Source: Catajapyx aquilonaris
Lineage: Eukaryota
DNA length: 55,940 nt
Direction: 5' to 3'
Assembly: GCA_000934665.2 (NCBI GenBank)
Contig: KZ538652.1
Span: forward strand, 1-55,940
The notes beneath the pieces were generated by a model. The model saw nothing but the letters and a program-made list of their open reading frames with translations, made no database searches and had not been told where the DNA came from. Below, piece by piece: positions 12,901 through 25,300 of the stretch; position 1 is the stretch's first letter; each line of letters opens with the position of its first letter. The translations under genes were made by a program, and so were the position numbers.

Positions 12901-15900
12901 GAATTTCAGGAGCCACTTCAAAGTGGGCAGTAAACATTACCGGTTTGGCTGGATATTCTGGGATGCCAAGCTGTTCTTCAATAAATAAATGCATGACATA
13001 ATTAAAATTGGTATATGTTTACATTAACTTTTAGGCCCTTGCCACACTAGGCGGAATTTCCAGCGCGGTCCACTCAAAAAAATCAAACACACGGAAGTAA
13101 AGGGGATTCTGTCAGGTTGAGACACACACGGCGAGCACCAGCGGAAGACACAGCGGAAAAAATCCACTCAGTTTTCCGTCGGGAACAATAACCCGACTGC
13201 AATACATTGATTCTACCGGGGGAATGACACACTACCGACGGAAAAAGCGGGTTCACTGGCATGGAAACCAGGGGGATTGGTGGCTGAAAGGGCCGCAAGC
13301 CGGCAGCATGGTTGACGGAAATTCCATGTGAAAAAAAGTTGCAAAGTCAAACCGCAATGGAAATTCCATCGCGGAGATTCAGCCTCGTGTGGCAAGGGCC
13401 TTAGTGGTTTCTGTAGGTCACTCATGGCCTAACTGAATTTTGGGAAACATTACCTAAAACAGTTTTATTCATATTTATTTCTAAAATGAGTTATGCATAC
13501 CTCATCCTCAGACAACTCACTCTCATGGTCAGACACCACTAAGTCTTCACTGCTGTCTTCCAAGTCAGAGGCGCTGCCCCTTCCAGAGTGACGTTCCCTC
13601 ATTTCTGTCATCCTCTGTCGAGCCTTCAGCTTTGATTTCCTTGGTCCAGAGCGCACTTCCACCTGAGCAAAAAGGAAGACTATTTTTGCCACTTTTGCCT
13701 GGAAACGTTTCATGCCTGCTTGAAAAGGCTACACCATAACTCTGGACCTGTCACCCCCACACCAATCCCTTACTCCCTTTGCACAGACCGAAAATGATAT
13801 GGGGCCAGGCACAAAATGAGTGATAGTACCTCAAACAGTTCCCAAGTGACCTAATGCCTTCTGGTTACTGGGAAACGAATAAACAAGCTCAGAATGTCCT
13901 CCATGCTCAGTCCATGCTTCATACCTCATCCTCAGACGACTTGCTCTCAGTGCTGCCTCCCACAACGTCCCTCGTTTCCATCTCCTCCTGCTGAGCCTCC
14001 ACTTCTGAGACTCTTGGGCCAATGTCCACTTCCACCTAAATGAAAAGTCAGTGTATTAATCCACCTCCGGATGAAGAAAACCGCCAGATGTTCCCACCAC
14101 AAGCCCCCCCAAGAATCCATCATTCCCATGCTCACATTATGCTCTCCATTCCCGGTTTGAGGGACATCGTCAGGCATCTCAGGATCTGTCCCAACTCTCG
14201 TCCCTTCTTGCTCCGTCTCCGCCTAGAGAAGGGAGAGACCATTAAAAATGAAGAAGTCAAAGCTTGTTTCTTTGTCCATTGACCTAATCCATTTTATGAC
14301 TATTTAATACTCATTTCATACCCATTGGGTAAAGGCAACGGATTTTTTTTGTGTGTGTTTGTTTGTCCAGGTTCGGTTCCCATGGGAACGGACCATGGAG
14401 AGTATGGGTTCCACTGCTGGTTATGTTGTATACCAGCAGCGGAACCTGCACTTTGCATGACTTGTACAGTGCTGGACACCTTAGCCGTCTCTAAATGCTT
14501 TTTTTTTTCCCCGTCGGCGACGGCGCGCGTTACCTGGCAACCCCTGCCGGCGGGCCCATTCAAACATCAGCACATGGAGAGTGCTTAGTGTCCTTTCCAT
14601 TGTTGCCACTGTTTACAAATAGAGTGAGTGACGTATGAGGACAATCCAACGACGGGTCTCTTCCTGCTTACACATCAGTAGCAAGGGATACGCAGGGAAA
14701 AACAGGAATTATGATGGTAGAAGCAAGCCATTTTGGAGAAATGTTCCCTGCTGGACTCAAAGAAAGGTTTTCGTCCACAGCACACAAAATCCCTGAGGAG
14801 GGAGTGTCAACTATTAAGATCCGGGGTGTGCTAATTGAACGTGCGTCAACTGACGGATTCTTTCAGTTTTTGCATCTTTTCCGCATAATTCGACCACCGC
14901 TAAGACGAATGGAGACCATGCCCCGTATGTTAGAACCGCGTCTGTCTCGTAATTTGCCCCCGTAAGATGTCATATTTCAAAATGGCCTCCCCACATTTAT
15001 ACGAGTACGTGTCATTCGTGTCATATTCGCGCCAGCAAGAGGAACAGGACTACTATCGGATTTTTTAATACTGGCCCGTGTGTTTGACTCTAAAGAACTC
15101 CAAGGAAAGTGGTCCAAAAAAATAACATTATACATCGTTAAAAAGCTTGTTTAAATCTACGTAACATACATGCAAGTTGGTTACCTATCTTCATTGTGTA
15201 ATTTTTAATCTCAAGAAGAACACGGAAGAGTGTCATTTTTTGACTAGGTGCCAAAGTTACGCCTCAAAGTGAATTTTTAGGTGGTCCAAAAGAGCAGGCA
15301 AAATTAATAGCCCAAAAACTTGGTGTGACAAAATTTAGTGCTTCAAATGATGGAAAGTTTCCGCAACAGGCGCAGAATTTCCTGGAAAACAGTGCATGGT
15401 GATGCAAGTGTCGTGGATGTCAAAGAAGTAGAAAATTGGACGGAGAAGTGGGAACCGTTTGTTCAGGGTATTTCAAGGGGGACATTTTCAACGGCAACGA
15501 AAGGGCAATTTTTTAGATGTGCTGTACCCTAGGCAGTACAAACTATTCCACAAAAATGCTACTGTATGGACTCTGTTTGCATCGTATTGAGGTAATTTGC
15601 TTATTTTTGTACTACTATTTTCCTCTCTTTCTCACTGGAAAAAATATATTAGTAACGTCCTTGATCTGAATATAGCGGAATATGGAAACCTGTCCAGTAG
15701 AGAACAATTTTGGGGTGACCCCATGTGATTCCGCAATACACAAGTTTCACTGTACATGTTATGTTAAAATGCAATAGTGACTCCAGTGGGAAAGGCCCGT
15801 TTTCATTTCATGCTACGATTTATTAATGCAACAAAAATATGAAACACATCCGACGGGAAACAATGTGGGCGCATGTGTGTTAAGTGCGGCTCTTACCTGC

Positions 15901-16317
15901 CCCATCCCTTCTTGTTGGTCTGGCAAGATGAACTCTGGTTCCGGCAGGACCTGCCCGCCTTGGTCCTCCCCGTCCTCCTGTAAGCAGATGTTTCAGGACA
16001 CATGTGACTGGGCTTGCACCAGGAGCGTGAAGAATACTGACCTGCTGGTGCTCCACCTTCACCCTGCTGCACCTCCCACGACGACGACGTCCTCCTCCGA
16101 CCTGCTGCGTCCCGGCCAGATCCTCCTCTCCTTCCCGCAGCTGCGCCTTGACCTTGTCCCTTGGCCCGTGTATGAACTGGTGGTGCAACAGCTGCATCCT
16201 GGTCCTGAAGGTGGCGTCCAGGCAGTAGACGCACCTGAACGTGCCTTCCTGGCCCCAGTGGCTGCTCAGGCCCCCACCGCTCCTCAGGGACACTCTCCGA
16301 CGACGACCGCCTTCCAT
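6986..16317 (-). CDS. Copy A of modular C2H2/BrkDBD/GATA gene; exons 16317-16042, 15977-15897, 14222-14136, 14035-13925, 13662-13501, 12710-12459 (BrkDBD), 11889-11803, 8758-8528 (GATA), 8470-8303, 7222-6986 (truncated ZF exon)
   Basis: ATG at 16317 (MEGGRRR...CVYCLDATFRTRMQLLHHQFIH). All listed introns are GT-AG and all exons are phase 0 and open. Collinear with copy B. The 3' end is uncertain: the transcript may skip 7222 and continue into the exons at 6773-2375. Confidence 0.65.
8528..8758 (-). CDS. GATA-type zinc finger exon
   Basis: CFNC-x17-CNACSLYLRRHGRNRP has CX2CX17CX2C spacing and the LCNAC...RP basic tail typical of GATA fingers. 231-nt exon. Confidence 0.85.
9389..9760. repeat. 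AT-rich low-complexity/minisatellite expansion with a duplicated ~40-bp flank
   Basis: Two (TATTA/TATAT)-rich tracts, each preceded by ctgtgctggttgtcacgtcaagagtcacgcaactttt (about 9389 and 9621). Absent from the paralogous site near 22806-22845. Confidence 0.85.
10083..10170 (+). mobile_element. pogo/Tigger-like terminal sequence
   Basis: TA-CAGTAAAACTTCTATAAGTCGAA start with ttcgagtta subterminal repeats; partner end not found. Confidence 0.4.
10823..10978. repeat. Small inverted repeat (MITE-like)
   Basis: gacgttggatagtagcgccgcccttcccaacggg pairs with cccgttgggaagggtggcgctactatccaacgtc. Confidence 0.6.
12459..12710 (-). CDS. Brinker-type DNA-binding domain exon (copy A)
   Basis: SLDFKNRVLDAYEFGEPKCRGNLKETARVFDVNRRTMQGWVK; 252-nt phase-0 exon. 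Confidence 0.8.
13034..13400. mobile_element. PIF/Harbinger-like MITE
   Basis: TIRs GGCCCTTGCCACAC / GTGTGGCAAGGGCC flanked by a TTA...TTA duplication. Essentially missing at the paralogous site near 29833. Confidence 0.75.
15290..15755 (+). mobile_element. pogo/Tigger transposase relic
   Basis: Degenerate translation AKLIAQKLGVTKFSASN..ESFRNRRRISWKTVHGDASVVDVKEVENW...DIFNGNE resembles the CENP-B HTH plus the start of the DDE domain. The end ...gtttcactg-TA is Tigger-like. Confidence 0.6.
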
Positions 16318-16479
16318 CCTATTCTCTCAGGCTGCTACCACCGCCAGCCAGCCCAAGAGGCAACCCAGGGAGTGCTCCTTGGAGTGCTGTACCGGCGCGG
16401 CGCCCACAAAACAAACCGTTGGAAGGGAACAGAGCTCACCATTGTTCCTTTTGAAGGAAAACAAAATAATCTAATCCAG

Positions 16480-16500
16480 ACAGGAAGTCACGTGACTTTC
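16480..16500. promoter_or_regulatory. Candidate promoter element of copy A: palindromic AAGTCACGTGACTT (E-box) overlapping GGAAG, in a CpG-rich 5' region
   Basis: About 170 bp upstream of the ATG and conserved in copy B at about 33890-33906. Function is inferred only. Confidence 0.35.
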
Positions 16501-18240
16501 TTCAGGCCGATTGCGCGCGTAGCATAGCAGCTGCGGATAATATTTTTACCGCGCAATGCGATGCGATCGTCCCACCACCACCGCCGACCACCGCCGATAA
16601 TCGATTGATTGGCATGCTAATTACTAGCAGATGATGGCCTCTCCGAGCCAGAGCTAATTAATCCTGGCCCGAGCACTGCTCTCTCCATTTGTTTAACTCC
16701 CAATTGCGCACGTTCGAAGTGAGCGGCAAGGTGATCCGATCGATCGGTTCGCTACTGGGAATCGTTTGGAACGCGGACGATAGCCGATGGGGCGTCGTCG
16801 CTCTTGTCGATAGCACCACTTGTTGACGCCGCCGGCTTGGGATCGGCCGCCTCTCGTTTTGTTTTGTTAATTAATCGATTAATTACAGCCCCTTTCCCTC
16901 CCCCGCCCGGCCACCCACCATCCTCCCTGCACCCCTTCCCTCCTGGAAAAAGGAAGGAAGAAGCCCCTGTGGGCCATCATCATCATCTCCTAAGAATAAG
17001 AGCAAGTCTTGTTCCAAGGCCTGGCCAAAATGGCTTATTCCATCTTGGGGCCATTGCTTTCTGGAAAAAAAGATCAACTAAACTACTTAACCCAAATTCA
17101 ATTACACTTTGGCCGTCCTGAAAGTAACTTGCATTCTTTTCTTATTAGAAACACCACGATGCCTTCCATCCAGGATTTTTATTACAGTACTTGGTATACA
17201 CCTGAATGCCTGAGAATTAAAAATTTTTATCAACATAGTTTCCAACCAAATTGCATGATTTGTCATAGAGCCACACGAGATTTTGTATGCCTCTGCAGGG
17301 ATTACCGCCATTTACTCGTATATGTAAGTAATCCCTGGCCTCTGTCATAAGAGTTTGCCATTTCCACGACCCCCGGAATAAAACATTGGACTGCGATTCA
17401 CTCTTAGCAATGGTCAGACCCCTGCCTTGCAAGCCATTTTCTCATGTGCATGGCGAGATGGTAATCGCCAGGTGCTATTTTCATGCTACAGTATGTTCAT
17501 TTTTGGGATAAAGTACTGATTCAAGTTATTCTTGTCAGGCAATCGTTTGTACATGTTTGATATGCGCAGGAGAGTACTGAATACTTGATCAGAGGTGCAA
17601 TATTGAAATGCAACAGGATATGGTGAGAATAACAACACTTTCTTTATCATCATGCTGTTGCTGCAACATACATCACTGGAGAGACCTGCGTCAGGCCTGG
17701 AAACTTTGTTGCAGTATGATTGCTGTTTGCAAAATCATTGGCATAAAAAGCTGTCCTTTAATATTGGACCTCTTTTCTCTCCAATATCGTTATTATTTTA
17801 ATCAGCATAAAAATGCACTGTACTTCAAGAGGAAAGTGCATGCCTGATGTCATGACACTAATTTTCCGATCTCTCAGAGAGTCTGCAAGTAAGGTGGATA
17901 GCTTGGACATGCAGGGTGGTCGGTAAATGGCGCACTACCTTCAGGTAGCGAGATTCCTTCAGAAAAACCGGTACAAGGAAGTGAAGGTTCTATTGCTCTA
18001 CGATGCCTGGTTAGAGCTCACGAGGCCAAATCATGACGTCACATCCGCCAGCGAAAATAAAACACTGCCGTATCGCTACTGGATACCAGGTCACTTTGAT
18101 TTTTTTTAAAAGTGCAGGTGGACCAAACCTCATGCCGAGTTCGGAGCAGTGCTGACTCCTCCATCAATAATATATTCTTCCCTGTTCCAGCCTCCTGATC
18201 AGAGAAGACTCCGTATTGTTGCTCCTTCATCAGAATGTGA

Positions 18241-19386
18241 TCAATGCAGAGCCTTCATGTGGCTCTGGAGGTGGTGCTTCATCAGAAAGTCCTTCTTGCA
18301 CACGGTGCACACAAAGGGCCTCTCCCCAATGTGGAAGCGCATGTGCTGCTCCACGTGGTGCTTCATAGTAAAGCCCTTTCCACACACGAGACAGGAAAAG
18401 GGCTTCTCCCCAGTGTGAGTGCGCATGTGAATTGTTAAGGGGGTTTTCCTTGCAAATTTTTTGGGACACAAGTCACACTGGAGTGTCTTACCTCCACCTT
18501 CCGTGTGGACTCGAATTTTGTGCGCATTTAAGGCTGTAGGGGTGGCAAATGTCTTGTCACATAATTTGCAGGCATAGGGACGTTCTGAAGTGTGGGTTCG
18601 CTCATGTAATGTTAATTGGTTCGAATAATGGAACTGCTTCCCGCAAGTGGCACATTGCTTTGACTTCCCCCTTGACTTCTTACTGTGATTCCTCAGGTGC
18701 TTTTGCCATGAAATTATATTTGGCAATTTTTGGGGACACGAGGGGCACTGGTACTGTTTTGCTGGTTGCTTATTGTGTTTGTATATTTTGTGAGTACGTA
18801 ATCCACTTCGAGTTATATATGTCTTGTCACATAATTTGCAGGCAAAGGCACGCTCTCCACTGTGCGTCCGCTTGTGGGCCTTTAATTCACCAGGCCATTG
18901 ATATCTCTTCCCACAAGTGTCACATTTGTGCGGCAACTCACATATGTGAGTGCACCTGTGATCTGCCAGGTGCCTCTCATTGCTGTAATTTCGGGGACAC
19001 AGGTCACACTGATATCTCCTTCCTGCTCCCTTCCCGTGGATTTGATAATTGTGGCGGTCTAGGCTACCTAGCGATGCATACTCCCTGTCACATATGGTGC
19101 AGGTCACCTGAAGGGGTTTCATGTGGGCCTTCTTTGGGCGGGTAATATTGATGGGATCAAGGTCCCTCTTCCCACAAGTGGAGCATTCACACTGCCCCTT
19201 TCCAGTGCATTCTTGTGGCCTCACTGCCGTATGGGTTGCAGTGCCATTTGCTTCTTTCCCTGTCAGTCCTTCAGAGGTGGTTCTGCAAGCGGAACCCAAC
19301 CCGCTGCCTGATAACTCCATGCTTCCATCTTCGTCTTCTGATGCTGGACTTGTCGCATGTCCTGAATTGACCTCGGCCAGACAAGT
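18241..19386 (-). CDS. Terminal exon of copy B, 10 C2H2 fingers
   Basis: Acceptor ctctttcAG. Fingers run from CTICDREYASLGSLDRHNYQIH to CTVCKKDFLMKHHLQSHMKALH, with HTGEKPF-type linkers. Confidence 0.92.
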   Translation of the reverse strand, partial: TCLAEVNSGHATSPASEDEDGSMELSGSGLGSACRTTSEGLTGKEANGTATHTAVRPQECTGKGQCECSTCGKRDLDPINITRPKKAHMKPLQVTCTICDREYASLGSLDRHNYQIHGKGAGRRYQCDLCPRNYSNERHLADHRCTHICELPHKCDTCGKRYQWPGELKAHKRTHSGERAFACKLCDKTYITRSGLRTHKIYKHNKQPAKQYQCPSCPQKLPNIISWQKHLRNHSKKSRGKSKQCATCGKQFHYSNQLTLHERTHTSERPYACKLCDKTFATPTALNAHKIRVHTEGGGKTLQCDLCPKKFARKTPLTIHMRTHTGEKPFSCLVCGKGFTMKHHVEQHMRFHIGERPFVCTVCKKDFLMKHHLQSHMKALH

Positions 19387-22300
19387 CTGAAAGAGACCAC
19401 CACCACAATTGGTCAATGAGGTCAACGTTATAGTCAAATCCCGCAACCCCTATCCTTGCACAAAATGTCAATCCAATATGGCATGTGCTGTTCCCTATGA
19501 TGTATTCGGTGCTTCATTCAATAATAAACAAACAAATTCAGCGTCTATGGGTAATAACTGGTTCTAAGCGGGGAGGCGTGGTGGCAGAGTTGGCAACATC
19601 TCGGCTTAATGACTGTGAGCGAAAGGTCCCGGGTTCCATCCCCGCCAGGGCGTTCCCCTTCGCCTGCCTCAGGACCGGGTCTCTGACCCACGCCTTGGAG
19701 GCCTCCGGCCACCTAACCTCCTGGGAGACTGCACATTCCGACATTGCACATGAACCCGTGTCTCCTCCCCTAAAAATCCCCACCGTTACCCCCCATGTCC
19801 TTTCTTCCCCGAGTTTGAAGAAAAACACGAAAAATTGAATGGAAAATATGGTGGTGTTCCACCCCCCCAAAGAGGGCCTCTGGCCCTAGCACGGGGTAAT
19901 ACAAGCCCCCACCTGCAGGTGTAGTGAAACCCTGAGATAAGCCAAACCCTGCACAATAAGGTCCTGGCTCGAGGCCTAATGGGGAACGTGATGTGGCAGA
20001 GAAGTAGATCTTCCACATCGTACACCCCAATTCACCATCACCTTCAATTCCAACCTTTGACTTGGCATGGGGAACAGCAATGCCATCACTGGTGCTGGAG
20101 TTTGGGCTCACAGGACTGGAGCCACGTCTCCTCCATTGCCACAATCCATTATATATTTGGGGCACTATATAGAGGGTGTATGCAATGATCCTCCCTAATT
20201 TCAAAGAGCAGTAAAAATATGGAAATGCAGAGGTATTTAAGGTTTTTGTTGTTTAAACGGTCTGGAGACTCAACAAGTTTCATACTGGACTTTTGGAATG
20301 GTCTACGGCAGCGGTGAAAAAATGGTGGTATTCCACCCCCCTAAAAAGGCTAAGCCTTATCACAGGGTAATGTAAAAAAAAAACAAAAAAACAATCCATA
20401 TGGGGTCAATATGCAGGACCATGGAACTGCAAATTAGACACATCTCCCAGGTGCAAAACAAATGTGCACTTATTCCTAGATGTTAGTGATTAGTGACCCA
20501 ACTGGCGCAGCAGTTTAAGAATAATTTTCCCGAAATGTACATGTCAACGAATTGGACGGGTTCCTTATCCAGGATAAGGATCCCGTTTTGCCAATTCCAA
20601 ACATGCCAGTACAGGACCAAAAAAAAATTATCGAAATTTCAACAGACGAAAATTTAAATCAGGAATTTTGACATAAAACCCTCGTCACCTTTTGGGCACG
20701 GAAAGAATTGACGATTATGCTGGCATGGCAGGCTGTGCTTTGAAACACTAAGACTCAAGACAGTTTGTAGCCCCATTCCATTTGCCACAACCTATTTATG
20801 CCACAACCTATTTATGTGAAGCTGGCTTTTCATCATCAACAAAATACCGGAATCGACTGACTGTGGAAAACGACTTGAGACTCAAATTGACGTCACTTGT
20901 CCCAAACATTGGCCACTTGTGCGCAAGCAAGCAAGCACACCCATCACACTAACTGGTAATTAGTGCTCACAATTACTACGTATTATATGGTAGGATGAGA
21001 ATGGGGGTTCAAACTGTCTTGACATATTTTAAAAGGGGTACGCGGCGAAAAAAGTTTGGGAAGCCCTGGTCTACGGGATGGGGTGGTGCTCCTGTGGGGG
21101 ATGCTGTTGGAAGATGCAAACATAGCATCTACGGAGGGAAAAACACAGGCGGTGTGGTGGTTAGAATATCTTGCCCTACTCTGTCTTGTAGTTGTGGAAA
21201 GGCGAAATTTTAAGCATGTCCAGCACTTCTGTAATGGACTTGAGCTCAGCTAACCACCACACCGCCTGTGTTTTTCCCTCTGTAGATGCTGTGTTTGCAT
21301 CTTCCAACAGCATCCCCCACAGGAGCACCACCCCATCCCGTAGACCATTCCAAAAGTCCAGTATGAAACTTGTTGAGTCTCCAGACCCTTTAAACAACAA
21401 AAACCTTAAATACCTCTGCATTTAAAATACCCTGAAAATCCCCCATAAAAATAAAACCAATGTTATATAACTGAAATAGTTTCCTCTGCATCCAAGGTGA
21501 AAGGTATCGAAAAGTTTCCCTCACTGCTGGTCTTTCCTAAATTATTTTGAATCATCTGAGACATTTAACGAAAGATTATTACCAGAGGCAGTGACGTGGA
21601 TCCCTCGTCTCCTGGGAAATTGGCCTCGCAGTCAGCAGGTACATCACTATTGTTGCAATTGCCTTTGCTGTGTACAACATCGGGCCCCTCCACTTCCTCC
21701 ATCTGCTGTGCATTCTCATTGGCTGGATTGTCACTCTGGGGCATCCCCACCTGCAAAAGTGAACGTTTCAGTTTAGACATTAACATTTTTGAATGAACTG
21801 GTCTTACCACAGAAGCAGACTCCAGATTTGCTTCATTGGGTCCAGACTGGGATGATTTGGATATCTTCCTCTCCCTACTTGGGGAAATGACATTAAACAA
21901 GTGAGAGGGGCGGTTTCTGCCGTGCTTATTGTGATACCGCGAACAAGCATTGCACAACCACTCATTCGTCTTGAAAAGCTGCCAGCGATAGGAGACGGAT
22001 GTGCTGCAGTTGACGCAGCTCCGACCTTGATCACCACCCTGCAATCATCACAAAGTTCGTCATTCACACAATGTAGGACAACACCACGTTGAAAAACAAT
22101 AATTCTGAGCTGAGATGTTGTCCACTTCATTTGAATTGCATACTAAAAGTAATGTCGCTACTGCCCAAGCAGTGCATCCGACCAGGGGTGTGGGTGTAAC
22201 TGGAACTCCTGAAGAATCTTCCTGAAAGTCTTTTCTGATTCGTCCCACTGTTCCCAGCCCGAGGCCTTTAATACCAAACGGCAGCACGTTGGCCCTCCGA

Positions 22301-25300
22301 CTCTGGTTATATGCCTGGACCAGTTTGCAATGCAATCTCTTGCGCCTCCAAGTCATCGTTCCATTGCTCAATAGATCTCAATCTCTCCGACACTTCCTCT
22401 GTCCCCATGGATAACCTCTCCAGCTTCGCGTTCTGTCGTACCTCGAGATCCGCCAGGGCTGTCACCAACTCGGGCTGGTTTTTGCCAGGGCCCTTTCGCC
22501 TTCCACTATAATTGTCGCCATCCCACCCCGTAAGTTGCAATAAGGGTTGATAATAACGTTTGGCCTTCACTGGAGCGGCTCAAAACCTGTCTGGCCTGTG
22601 GGAATGCTCTCAAGAGAGTGGGACTACAACAATACATTCTGAGATGGCCAACTTGGCCCCCTTGTCATAGAATGACCCAGGCGCACCCCGGCCACCTTAT
22701 TTATTTTATATCTCGGAACCTAATACGAACACAACAATGGAAATGCATAGCACTGAAAGGTTATGAGTAGCAGATTACTCACAAATCTTTTCGTAAAATT
22801 CGACTCTGTGCTGGTTGTCACATCAAGGGTCACGCAACTTCGTAATACTGGGCAGAAGGGCAGAAGGGCAAACGAGGCGCATCCGGCCTACTTATTTACT
22901 GGATTTTATATCTTGGACCCTTATACGAGGGGGAAAATGAAACTTGCACCACTGAAGGGATATGACCTGCCAAAATGACACTTAAATTTAATCGTAGAAT
23001 TTTTTGGAGGTTATCTGCAGGTTCGGTGTCACCTTGCAGAATATTAAGCACCTTTTTGCTTGCATGTGGGGCGCATAATTAGAGAAATTACGGGTTTTTG
23101 TAAACATCTGAATGGAAAAGTTCCCATTTTTGACCTCGTCATTTAAATTGGTAATTGGCAATTGGTTACATACATACATACATTACATCACGGCTTAATC
23201 CCAGACTTGGGGTAGCCAGCGACGACTATGGGAATATATATGGGACGCGGGAATATGCGTGTTATGGGTGTTAGGTTCATTTTCGGAAGCTGAAACATGC
23301 GGCATTAAATTCCCTGAAAAATGCAAACCCCGATATGCTAATTTAAGGCGGTGTAGGGGCCTTCCCTTGGATTTCTATAAGGGACAAACAAACAAACTCT
23401 TAAACAAACTCACAAACTAACTAACTAAAATATAGATTAAGATAGGAGGGGCATACTAAAATTATTTGCAATTTATTTATGTGACAAATGTACAGGGCTC
23501 GCACAGGTCGGTAGTTGGGCACACATTATCGATGGAATCCTCCTGGAGTTGAATGCACTGGCATCATGGGTGTGCCAACCTCTCCAGGCCCTCCTGGAAC
23601 TAATTTTTGGTGATGCTAAGCACCCACTCCTGGACAACTGCACACAGTCAGCAACTGTCGTCATCAATGTCCTTGAAATGGTGTCGGTGAAGGGATTTTT
23701 CCATGGATCCGGGTTTAGATGATGCCACACCCGCCGTACTACCCTGGCCTGGTCCCCAGTGACTTTCACCTGTTCGGATCCATGAAAAAACCCCTTCCCC
23801 GCTGCCATTTCGAGGACATTGTTGAACAGGAAGCAGTTGTCCGGGAGTGGGTGTGCCAGACCACCAAAGAGTGGTTCCTGGAGGGCCTGGAGAGGCTGCC
23901 ACATACACCTGTGGTGCCAGTGCATTAGGCTCCAGGAGGAATCTCTATATAATGTGTGACCGGCTGCTGTCCTGTGAGAGCCCTGTATTTTTGGAGGGGA
24001 AATAAACTGTAGCCGTATACAAGAAGTCCATAGACTTGGCATTTCAGCCAGTCCCAACAAATGTATGATGATAATAAAAATAGTTCCTTTACCCTCATTT
24101 CATGAGATTCATGATTCCCTCGCCTTGATTGGTCCGTCTGACTCTGGCCTGATCGGGAAAGGAGACGAGGCAGGAGAAACTTGACCCAACGCTGCACTGT
24201 TTTGTGGTGTAGGCCAAACTTCTTTGCAGTTGCCCTCTGTTTGTGACGACTTGTGGAATCACCAAACTGGTAGGCCTCCAGCACTTTCTTCTTGAAATCC
24301 TGGGAGTATTTAGATGTGCGGATTTCCAGTTTGCCGGAGTTTGGCTGCAAAAGACGTGGAAAACCGACATCTCAGAACATAACTGTCTGTCTATCCAACA
24401 TTGATCTCTTTCTTTCCAGCTGTGAGGGCCCGGAGTTAAGCCTGTTTTAATGTTGGTGAATTTTGTATGGGGAAGAAATTATCCCACCACAAGCCCCCCA
24501 AGAATACATCATTCCCATGCTCACATTATGCTCTCCATTCCCGGTTTGAGGGACATCGTCAGGCATCTCCGGATCGGTCCCAACCCTCGTCCCTTCTTGC
24601 TCCGTCTCCACCTAGAGAAGGGAAGGATCATTAGAACTGAACAATCGACGTATGAAGATTGGTGTTGCATCATGTCAAATCTCAAATGAATTTACCTCGG
24701 CAACTCCCTCCCCAACCTTTTATGATGCATTCCAGCTGGACTGTAAAAATGTTCATGAAAGTTCTGACACCCTGTTGCTTATTGTTTGATGCACAATTAG
24801 TAACACCAAAATTAAGGCCATCAAATCTTTAAAAGACATTGATGCAATGTACATGTAGCTCCCACACTGAAGTTGAAGCACTCATTGCCACAACAACCAA
24901 CCAGGCATATTAGCCACATACATCGTCTAGTTTCAGTTGGATTTTGTTGGATGGCCGCTGCCCATGCGTAATAATTATTGCAACATTTTATGATTGGATT
25001 TTTAAAGCATCACGGCATACCTTGGAAACAGAAAGGTGTCTGCTGGATAAAAACTATGTGGTCCTGCCTGTGAGACAGAATTTACCAGCATGAATTATTG
25101 TCTGCTCCAGTAGAACTTCATTTGCGAAGAGACTGACAGCATTTGCAGGTCCCCCACTCGTAAGACCAACCTTGTGTACAGATGAATTAACCCAGCCATG
25201 ATGGCCGTATTATATTAACACCACACAAAATAGTTTTTAACAATTCACAGGTATACCCAAGGGGGCAGTCCAACGTTTTGGACGTTTGGACTTTTCCCGG

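Noticed and set aside
19575..19650. Possible tRNA gene
   Set aside because: It has A/B-box-like motifs but no convincing cloverleaf or terminator, and the copies are degenerate; it fits a SINE head better.
24093..24344. Calling the gene brinker or a GATA factor ortholog
   Set aside because: Only isolated domains match; the overall architecture differs, so no gene symbol is assigned.
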